Shown here piece by piece: positions 1 through 7,667 of a DNA stretch of 64,000 nt. The position numbers and the translations under genes are program-made. The DNA comes from an uncultured Pseudomonadota bacterium (GTDB lineage: Bacteria > Pseudomonadota > Gammaproteobacteria > Berkiellales > Berkiellaceae): contig CAWHKC010000002.1 in assembly GCA_963829835.1 (NCBI GenBank), forward strand, positions 6,279-70,278. The letters are read 5' to 3'. Each line of letters starts with the position of its first letter. Position 1 is the stretch's first letter. The notes under the pieces are model-generated. The model worked only from the letters and a program-made list of their open reading frames with translations, ran no database searches and was not told where the DNA came from.

Positions 1-513
1 CATCCATACTTTTAACACCAAGTTGTAAAACTCATTGCCTTTTATGATGCCTTTCACTGCGCCTTTGATAATCACCTTCGTTCCCACATTCGGTATGTAG
101 TCTAAAACCAAAGTATCACCTTCTTGTAAGGGCAAATCGACCATCTTAAAAAACTGACTAATGCTAATTTGCTCTCTTTCGATAATATCGGGTGGATTAT
201 TCTCATCAATACCTTCCTCCCAATATTCCTTGAGATTATCGACAGTGCGTAAAAAATACAACCACATTCGCTTAGGTCCAACATCAATTAATGCTTGTTG
301 CGGAGAAATATCAGGATTCAAAGAATAAAATGCACCTATATAACTATCTCTAAAATATAATTTGTGCAATGCAGCGCCACGAAGTTTTAAAACATCACCG
401 GTTTCTTCAAGGACAGTTGTTTTAGGGATGTCTATTTTGTAAAAAGAATAGTTTTCTGCAAACACTAGATTGTGAATAAAGAGGGTTGTAACTAACAAAA
501 TAATTTTGAACAA
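1..513 (-). CDS. Chalcone isomerase-like (Chalcone_3 type, putative fatty-acid-binding) secreted protein; 3' end beyond window
   Basis: Not in ORF track. Hand translation from TTG at 513 (GGAG RBS upstream) is open to the window edge: MFKIILLVTTLFIHNLVFAEN...LKLRGAALHKLYFRDSYIGAFY...GPKRMWLYFLR...WEEG...GDTLVLDYIPNVGTKVIIKG...GIIKGNEFYNLVLKVW. Signal peptide plus motifs typical of bacterial CHI-like proteins. Confidence 0.75.
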   Translation of the reverse strand, partial: MFKIILLVTTLFIHNLVFAENYSFYKIDIPKTTVLEETGDVLKLRGAALHKLYFRDSYIGAFYSLNPDISPQQALIDVGPKRMWLYFLRTVDNLKEYWEEGIDENNPPDIIEREQISISQFFKMVDLPLQEGDTLVLDYIPNVGTKVIIKGAVKGIIKGNEFYNLVLKVWM

Positions 514-525
514 AATTTTCTCCCT

Positions 526-632
526 CTACGTACCGCGGCTTGTCCGCGGTATCCAGAATACTATAAATCAAAAACCTTTCTGGATCCCGCGAACAAGTCG
601 CGGGAAGTAGAAAATTAGATAGCGGGACGTAG
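526..632. repeat. Palindromic REP/RPE-like doublet plus a truncated third copy
   Basis: Arm 526-557 (ctacgtaccgcggcttgtccgcggtatccaga) is an imperfect inverted copy of 579-610 (tctggatcccgcgaacaagtcgcgggaagtag). Each arm is itself a hairpin. Partial copy gcgggacgtag at 622-632. Confidence 0.85.
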
Positions 633-643
633 GAAGTGGGGGA

Positions 644-1828
644 TCATAACAATTCGAATATACCCGCGGCACCCATACCCGTCCCGATGCACATGGTCAC
701 CATCCCATATTTCAAGCGACGTCGCATTGCACCATGAATTAATTTGGTTGCTAATATAGCGCCGGTTGCTCCCAAAGGATGGCCTAAAGCAATCGCACCA
801 CCTAAAGGATTTACTTTATTGATGGGTAGGCTCAATTCTTTAATTACCGCTAAGCTTTGCGCTGCAAAGGCTTCATTAAGTTCAATCCAATCGATATCAC
901 TTAATTTTAAATTCGTTTGCGCAAGGACTTCAGGGATGGCTTTAATCGGACCAATTCCCATAATTTCAGGCGGCACACCTGCAACACTGAAACCCCTAAA
1001 TTTCGCAAGGGGTTTTAAATTATATTCTTTTAGCATTTTTTCACTGACAACAACTAAGGCTGCTGCGCCATCACTCATTTGTGAGCTGTTGCCTGCTGTC
1101 ACAGTGCCCTTAGCAGCAAAAGCCGTTTTTAACTTTGAAAGCACTTCGATGCTCGTATCGGCACGTGGTCCTTGATCTTGGCGAACTTCATCGGTTTTAT
1201 ACACTACCTTCTGTGCCTTCAAATCAGGCGTTGCTGACACCACTTTAATGGGCAAGATTTCATCCAAATATTCCCCATTTTCAATTGCATGAATTGCTTT
1301 TTGATGGCTTGATAACGCAAAGGCATCCTGTTCCTCCCGAGAAATCTTCCACTGCTTTGCAACATTTTCCGCAGTGATCCCCATACCATAGGCAATTCCA
1401 ATATGCTCTTCTTCAAAAAAAAGAGGATTGGCTGAAAATTGATGGCCCCCTAAAGGCACCATGCTCATACTCTCAACACCACCTGCGACAACCACATCCG
1501 CTAACCCTTGTGCAATCCTGTCAACTGCCATGCTGATTGCTTGTAGTCCTGAAGAACAAAAGCGATTAATCGTCACCGCAGGTACATTGTCCGGAAAACC
1601 GGCTAAAAGCGCGCCAATGCGCGCCACGTTCATGCCTTGCTCACCTTCAGGCATAGCGCAGCCAATGATCACATCATCAATTTTTTCCTTAGGAATTTGC
1701 GATGTTTTAGCCATCGCTCCACGTAATACATGGCTTAGCAGATCATCCGGGCGTGTATGGCGAAAAACCCCTTTCGCTTTCCCAACTGCTGTGCGAACAG
1801 CAGCAACAATATAAGCATCTTGAATCAT
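644..1828 (-). CDS. fadA: Acetyl-CoA C-acyltransferase (3-ketoacyl-CoA thiolase)
   Basis: NRFCSSG active-site Cys, NEAFAAQ, GHPLGATG and CIGTGMG thiolase motifs; RBS aaagga. Confidence 0.95.
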   Translation of the reverse strand: MIQDAYIVAAVRTAVGKAKGVFRHTRPDDLLSHVLRGAMAKTSQIPKEKIDDVIIGCAMPEGEQGMNVARIGALLAGFPDNVPAVTINRFCSSGLQAISMAVDRIAQGLADVVVAGGVESMSMVPLGGHQFSANPLFFEEEHIGIAYGMGITAENVAKQWKISREEQDAFALSSHQKAIHAIENGEYLDEILPIKVVSATPDLKAQKVVYKTDEVRQDQGPRADTSIEVLSKLKTAFAAKGTVTAGNSSQMSDGAAALVVVSEKMLKEYNLKPLAKFRGFSVAGVPPEIMGIGPIKAIPEVLAQTNLKLSDIDWIELNEAFAAQSLAVIKELSLPINKVNPLGGAIALGHPLGATGAILATKLIHGAMRRRLKYGMVTMCIGTGMGAAGIFELL

Positions 1829-1846
1829 AATTTATCCTTTTTCTTT

Positions 1847-1948
1847 CCCCTCTCCCTTTCCTACTACGCTCAGAAGCTTCGTAGGACAGGTTGGGAGAGG
1901 ATGGTTAGGGCCTGCTTGCCGAAGCTCTTAGCGTAGGCAGGTGAGGGT
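1847..1948. repeat. Composite palindromic repeat: ccctctccc/gggagaggg host element with two 31-bp inserted palindromic units
   Basis: Inserts at 1860-1890 and 1911-1941. Removing them gives ccctctccctttttgggagaggatggttagggtgaggg, nearly identical to the element at 22876-22910. Confidence 0.8.
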
Positions 1949-1949
1949 C

Positions 1950-4304
1950 TTAGTTCCTCAACGGCTTACCTTTTTCTAAGGTATATTTAATTCTGTCTAG
2001 TGTTTGTGTTGTTTGAAGCAATTCAAGAATAGCTTCTCGTTCTAAACGTAACATCCATTCCTCATCGACGATGCTGTTGGCATCAACATCACCACCACAA
2101 AGCACATAAGCCACTTTACAACCTATCAGGTAATCATGATCTGATATAAACCCACCTTCTCTTAAATTTACTAAAAAGGTTTTAAAGTTCGCAATGCCTG
2201 GTTTTCCAGCAACAGGGAATTTGGGCGACAAAGGTGGCGCATAGGAAATATCTGCTAAAGAGACGGCTTGCTTAATGGCCGCAAACAATAGCTCATCATT
2301 GCTAAACACAATGGAGTCTGCACTTTGCAAATACCCTAAACGTTTAGCATCGATGGCACTGGTTGATACTTGTGCCATGGCTATTTGTTCAAAATAAGGC
2401 CGCAGGGCTTTAAAAATATTCCCATCAATGGCACGTTGCGATGCGCGATAGGCTAATTCTTTACTACCCGCACCAGCAGGCAATAATCCTACTCCAACTT
2501 CTACTAAGCCAATATAGGTTTCAAATGAAGCAACAATACGTGTGGCATGCATGCTTAATTCACAACCACCACCCAGCGTTAAACCTCGTATTGCCGCAAT
2601 AGTTGGAACTTGAGCATAACGTAAAGCCAGTGCGGTTTTTTGAAAAGTTGCCACCGTTTTTTCAACTTGTTCATAACGACTCTCTTTTAAGCCATCCAGC
2701 ACTTGCTTTAAATTAGCCCCAACACTGAAATCAGCATCATGTCGTTGCCACAATACCAATGCATCATAATCTTTTTCCGCTCGAGCGATGGCTTCTTGTA
2801 TGCCTTCTAAAACATCTGTGCCTATGCAATTTCTTTTTGATTTAAAACTTAAGATCGGAATATTCTTGTCCGATAACGTCCACATTCTGACTGCATCTGT
2901 TTCAAATATGGTCTCACCTTCATTTGGATGAGAAGTCAATAATTGATCGGGAAAATATTGACGCCGATAAATTGGTAAATCAGAACTTGCTAGATAGGTG
3001 AGTGTTGAGGGTGAAAAAGCTTTGCCATCTTGATAGGGACCTTTAGTGACTTTTTGCACCCAATCAGGTAATGGTTGTTCACTTTCTTGAGTGATTTTAT
3101 TAGCAATCTCAAGCCAGGAAGCCATTTGCCAAATTTCAAAAGGCCCTTGTGCCCAACCATAACCCCAACGCATTGCTAAATCAACATCACGAACAGTTTG
3201 TGCAATGGACTGTAAATGAAAAGCACAATAATGGAACAGATCTCTGAAAATTCGCCATAAAAACTGCGCTTGAGGATCATTCGATTTTGATAACAAATCA
3301 AAACTTTCAAAGGTTATCCCTTGACGCATAATGGTGATAACCGAATTGCTAACATGATTACTGATAGGACGATAGGCCTTATCGTGAAAATCCCAAACAA
3401 GAATTTGATCTCCGGTTTTTTTATAAACCCCTGCTCCACGTTTTTGACCAAGTGCACCTTTATCAATCAACTCGCTAATCCAGCTTGGCAATTCAAAATA
3501 AGAAGACCAAGGGTCATCTTTTAAATCCTGCTTTAACGTGTTGACGACATGTGCCATCGTATCTAATCCAACAACATCCATGGTTCTAAAAGTGGCACTT
3601 TTGGGGCGACCGATTAAGGGCCCGGTGAGTGCATCCACAATGTCAGGTGCAAGACCGCATTCTCGACTGTGATATAAAATGGATAAAAATGAAAAAACAC
3701 CTATCCGATTGCCAATAAAATTAGGAGTATCCTGTGCAAAAATAACGCCTTTACCTAAACGAGTGACCAAAAAGGTTTCCAACTGGGTTAAAAGTGATTT
3801 ATCCGTTTGCGCATGAGGGATCACTTCTACGAGTTTCATGTAACGCGGTGGATTGAAAAAATGAATACCACAGAATCGAGATTGCAGCTCAACCGGTAAT
3901 ACTTGCGCTAATTTATGGATACCTAAACCTGATGTGTTTGTCGCAAAGATCACTGATTTAGATAGATATGGACTTACTTTTTGATAAAGACTCTGCTTCC
4001 AGTCAAATCTTTCCGAAATCGCCTCAATAACAAGATCACATGCCTTAAGCTTCTCTAAATCAGTACCGTAGTTGGCTGCGATAATATTGTTTTCAATGCC
4101 ATCCACCGCTAAAGGCATCGGTTTTAATTTCTTTAACGATTTAAGCGACTCTTCGACTATCGCATTTTGATTACCTTTTTCAGAAGGCAAATCAAACAAA
4201 ATAGTCTTTACACCCGCATTGGTTAAATGGGCCGCTATTTGTGCTCCCATCACACCCGCGCCAAGAACTGCCGCTTGGCGAATATTGAGTTTTTCCGTCG
4301 TCAT
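1950..4304 (-). CDS. fadN: 3-hydroxyacyl-CoA dehydrogenase / enoyl-CoA hydratase, FadN-type (dehydrogenase N-terminal, hydratase C-terminal)
   Basis: VLGAGVMGAQIA Rossmann motif, HFFNPPRYMKLVE, C-terminal GGGCE and GLVEVGVG crotonase motifs. Likely start is the ATG at 4304, overlapping the upstream stop (TAATG). Confidence 0.9.
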   Translation of the reverse strand: MTTEKLNIRQAAVLGAGVMGAQIAAHLTNAGVKTILFDLPSEKGNQNAIVEESLKSLKKLKPMPLAVDGIENNIIAANYGTDLEKLKACDLVIEAISERFDWKQSLYQKVSPYLSKSVIFATNTSGLGIHKLAQVLPVELQSRFCGIHFFNPPRYMKLVEVIPHAQTDKSLLTQLETFLVTRLGKGVIFAQDTPNFIGNRIGVFSFLSILYHSRECGLAPDIVDALTGPLIGRPKSATFRTMDVVGLDTMAHVVNTLKQDLKDDPWSSYFELPSWISELIDKGALGQKRGAGVYKKTGDQILVWDFHDKAYRPISNHVSNSVITIMRQGITFESFDLLSKSNDPQAQFLWRIFRDLFHYCAFHLQSIAQTVRDVDLAMRWGYGWAQGPFEIWQMASWLEIANKITQESEQPLPDWVQKVTKGPYQDGKAFSPSTLTYLASSDLPIYRRQYFPDQLLTSHPNEGETIFETDAVRMWTLSDKNIPILSFKSKRNCIGTDVLEGIQEAIARAEKDYDALVLWQRHDADFSVGANLKQVLDGLKESRYEQVEKTVATFQKTALALRYAQVPTIAAIRGLTLGGGCELSMHATRIVASFETYIGLVEVGVGLLPAGAGSKELAYRASQRAIDGNIFKALRPYFEQIAMAQVSTSAIDAKRLGYLQSADSIVFSNDELLFAAIKQAVSLADISYAPPLSPKFPVAGKPGIANFKTFLVNLREGGFISDHDYLIGCKVAYVLCGGDVDANSIVDEEWMLRLEREAILELLQTTQTLDRIKYTLEKGKPLRN

Positions 4305-6355
4305 TAAGCAACTGCTCCTGTCTGCCATCCTTCATCTGCTGTAAAACGAGTACCGTATCTTGATTCTAGCTCTTCAAGTAGTTTCAATAAGGTTAGACTT
4401 CCTTGAGAACGCGCATAGGTAATAGGACCTCCTCTAAAGGGAGGAAAACCAAATCCAAATATGCAACCTGCATCAAGCTGATCGGCATTCTCAACCACCC
4501 CCTCGCGCAAACAAGCAACAGCTTCATTGAGTAATCGAAGTACAAGCCTATCAGTGATATCACTAGGAATGGTATCAGTTGATGTTAACTTAGGTTTAAT
4601 GGCACGCCCTTTTTTATATTGATAAAAACCTTTACCGGTTTTACGACCTAATTCTCCACGAGAAACATATTCTTTTAACAAAGGAGGAACTTTTGCGCCG
4701 GTTGTCGCTGATAATTTTTCTAACGCCGCTAAACAAATATCTAGTCCAACCGTATCTGCGAGCTCTATGGGGCCCATAGGCATACCAAAATCCGTTGCTG
4801 CTTTATCAATCACTGGCCCTTGAATACCTTCTTCTAGAAGTGCAACTGCTTCTAACATATAAGGTAATAGAATACGATTGACTAAAAATCCTGGTGAACT
4901 TTTCACAGGCAATGGTAACTTATCAATTTTGCGGACAAAGGCTATGGCGTTGTCAATAACCTGTTTATGCGTATCTTGGCTTTTTACAATTTCTACAAGA
5001 GGCATTTTAGAAACAGGATTAAAGAAATGTATGCCAACCAGACGTTCTGGATTGGACATTGCCTCGCCAATTTCCTCTAAGGGTATTGTTGAAGTGTTTG
5101 TTGCTAATATAGCGTCTTTTTTGGCTTCTTTTTCAAGTTTTATAAACAAATCATGTTTGGCCTGTAATTTTTCAGTAATAGCCTCAATGATGACATCCGC
5201 ATTTTTTATACCCACCCCACCAGGATCCGGTAATAATCTATCCATCACTTCTTGAACGAGATATTTTTCTTTTAGTATTTTGGTCGCTAATTCATAGCAA
5301 CGCTTAATCGCGTTTCCAATTAACTTAGGCGCCTGATCTTGCAGCGTTACTTTAAAACCACGAATAGCACACCATGCAGCTATATCTCCGCCCATAACAC
5401 CCGCACCAATAACATGCACATGCTTTGGATTGAAATCTGATTTTTTCGCTTGCGCTTTCAGTTGTTCTTGTAGAAAAAAGATCCGAACCAAATTTCTAGA
5501 GGTATCAGTGACCAACAACTTACCCATTGAGTCTGCTTCTGCATCCATCGCCTCGGGGCGTTTTATGCCATGTTCCACCCAATTTTCAACGACTTGAAAA
5601 GGGGCTGGATAATGCTTTGGACTAACTTTCTTGTGGAGCTGATAATTAAATAAACGACCTAATAGTGGTCGTATAAAATTTATATTTGTGGCATCCTGCC
5701 ATTTCACTGTTTGCTTTTTAATGGGAGGATTAAGGGCATATTCTCTTGTCGCTTTTTCCAATAATCGTTTTGGCAGGGCTTCGTGAACTATCCCCATTTT
5801 TTTGGCTGCTTTTGCTGTTAGATTTCTGCCAGAGAGGATTAAATCCATTGAAGACAATGCACCAATAAGTTTGGGTAGTCTGACTGTGCCACCCCAGCCT
5901 GGATGGATCCCTAATTTAATCTCAGGTAATCCTAAGCGCGTTTTTTGTGAATCTTCGGCAATTCGATAACGACAGGCCAAAGCTAACTCTAAACCACCCC
6001 CTAAACAAAAGCCTTCGATTAATGCAATGGTTGGGATCTCAAGACGTTCTAGTTTATCTAAAATTTCATGACCACCACGAATTAAGGCTGTAGCCTCTTG
6101 TGCACTGGTAATCTCTTTGAACTGCGAAATATCAGCCCCTACAATAAACCCTGTTTTTTTACCAGAACGAATAACGATGGCTTTAGCGTTATTATGTTGA
6201 CCTAAACCGTTTAAAATTTGGTCAAATTCACGCAGCGTACTTTCGTTTAAACTATTAACACTGCTATCTTTCCTATTAAATGTTAACCAAAGAATATTGT
6301 CTTCATCTACATTTAAAGACCAATGATCAAAATGCCCTGTCATTACTTGACTCAT
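4304..6355 (-). CDS. fadJ: Fatty acid oxidation complex alpha subunit, FadJ/FadB-type (hydratase N-terminal, dehydrogenase C-terminal)
   Basis: GGGLELALAC and LGLPEIKLGIHPGWGG hydratase motifs; IGAGVMGGDIA, HFFNPV and PGFLVNR dehydrogenase motifs. Confidence 0.9.
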   Translation of the reverse strand: MSQVMTGHFDHWSLNVDEDNILWLTFNRKDSSVNSLNESTLREFDQILNGLGQHNNAKAIVIRSGKKTGFIVGADISQFKEITSAQEATALIRGGHEILDKLERLEIPTIALIEGFCLGGGLELALACRYRIAEDSQKTRLGLPEIKLGIHPGWGGTVRLPKLIGALSSMDLILSGRNLTAKAAKKMGIVHEALPKRLLEKATREYALNPPIKKQTVKWQDATNINFIRPLLGRLFNYQLHKKVSPKHYPAPFQVVENWVEHGIKRPEAMDAEADSMGKLLVTDTSRNLVRIFFLQEQLKAQAKKSDFNPKHVHVIGAGVMGGDIAAWCAIRGFKVTLQDQAPKLIGNAIKRCYELATKILKEKYLVQEVMDRLLPDPGGVGIKNADVIIEAITEKLQAKHDLFIKLEKEAKKDAILATNTSTIPLEEIGEAMSNPERLVGIHFFNPVSKMPLVEIVKSQDTHKQVIDNAIAFVRKIDKLPLPVKSSPGFLVNRILLPYMLEAVALLEEGIQGPVIDKAATDFGMPMGPIELADTVGLDICLAALEKLSATTGAKVPPLLKEYVSRGELGRKTGKGFYQYKKGRAIKPKLTSTDTIPSDITDRLVLRLLNEAVACLREGVVENADQLDAGCIFGFGFPPFRGGPITYARSQGSLTLLKLLEELESRYGTRFTADEGWQTGAVA

Positions 6356-6356
6356 A

Positions 6357-7667
6357 TTAAACTCCAGTCACACGCTCTAATAAAATTGCCCCACCTTGGC
6401 CCCCACCGATGCAAAGACTTGCGACGGCACGTTTGGTATTGTTTTTCTCCATCATTCTCGCGCAATGCAATACTAATCGAGCCCCGGATGCACCAACAGG
6501 ATGTCCCATCGCAATTGCTCCTCCTTCTGGATTGAGGCGTTCCTTATCTATTTCACCCATAACGGTGTCTAGTCCGAGAAATTCTTTACAATAAGCAGGA
6601 TCTTCCCAGGCTTTAATGCAAGCAAGCACTTGGGCGGCAAATGCTTCATTGATTTCTATATGATCGATGTCATTTAATGTTAATTGATTATTTTTTAATA
6701 AGGGTGTCATTGCGTGAATGGGTCCTAAACCCATAATCGTAGGATCAAGCGCTGCCCATTTCACTTCCACAATTTTTGCTATCACGGGTAATTTATATTT
6801 TTTGACAGCCTCACTACTTGCCAAAATGACAAAGGCTCCTCCATCACTAATTTGAGAGCTATTTCCCGCCGTAATTGAACCAAATTTTTCGAAAACAGGT
6901 TTTAATTTAGCCAATTTTTCTATTGTGGAATCAGCTCTTATTCCATCATCTTGCTCAAAGACATTCCCATCACTGCCATACAACGGCGTTATTTCCTCTA
7001 AAGCACTATTGGCTTGCGCTTGAATGGCTTTTTGGTGACTTTGCATAGCAAATTGATCCATTGTCTTGCGATCAATATCAAACCGAAAGGCTAATTCTTC
7101 TGCTGTTTGCCCCATATTCATATTCACAACAGGATCTGTTAAACCTTTTAAGAGTGCAATAACAGGAACCAAAAATTTCGGTCTAAACTGAATGAAGGAT
7201 TTTAATTTATTCGGAATAGTTCGCGCTTGATTTAGTTTTGCAAACCATTTCACCATTCCATTATTGTATAATAAGGGGGCTCGGCTCATGGCCTCACACC
7301 CACCGGCTAAAACAAGGTTACATCGACCATCACGAATACTCATTGCCGCATCATCAATAGCTTGTAAGCCTGATGCACAGTTTCGCTGTACAGTATAGGC
7401 TGGGACAAGATTGCCGCAACCTAATCGAAGCGCAATGATGCGTGCAATATTGGCTTCTTCCTCACTTGGACCTGCGCAACCAACGACGACTTGGTCAAAT
7501 TTATCTGGTGTAAAAGGCTGTCTGGCTAACAATGCTTTCCCAGCTGTCACAGCAAGATCTGCCGCTGAAAAGGGCCCTGGTTCACCTCGAACTTTTAAAA
7601 ATGGCGTTCGAGAACCATCGACAACATACACTACCCTACTTGAGTGTTCATTTTGTTTGTTTTGCAT
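6357..7667 (-). CDS. fadI: Acetyl-CoA C-acyltransferase, FadI-type
   Basis: RTPFLK, QRNCASG, NEAFAAQ, GHPVGASG and CIGGGQG motifs; adjacent to fadJ. Confidence 0.9.
   Translation of the reverse strand: MQNKQNEHSSRVVYVVDGSRTPFLKVRGEPGPFSAADLAVTAGKALLARQPFTPDKFDQVVVGCAGPSEEEANIARIIALRLGCGNLVPAYTVQRNCASGLQAIDDAAMSIRDGRCNLVLAGGCEAMSRAPLLYNNGMVKWFAKLNQARTIPNKLKSFIQFRPKFLVPVIALLKGLTDPVVNMNMGQTAEELAFRFDIDRKTMDQFAMQSHQKAIQAQANSALEEITPLYGSDGNVFEQDDGIRADSTIEKLAKLKPVFEKFGSITAGNSSQISDGGAFVILASSEAVKKYKLPVIAKIVEVKWAALDPTIMGLGPIHAMTPLLKNNQLTLNDIDHIEINEAFAAQVLACIKAWEDPAYCKEFLGLDTVMGEIDKERLNPEGGAIAMGHPVGASGARLVLHCARMMEKNNTKRAVASLCIGGGQGGAILLERVTGV

Noticed and set aside
102-287. ORF-track 61-aa minus-strand ORF
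   Set aside because: Out-of-frame shadow of the real CHI-like CDS (1-513).
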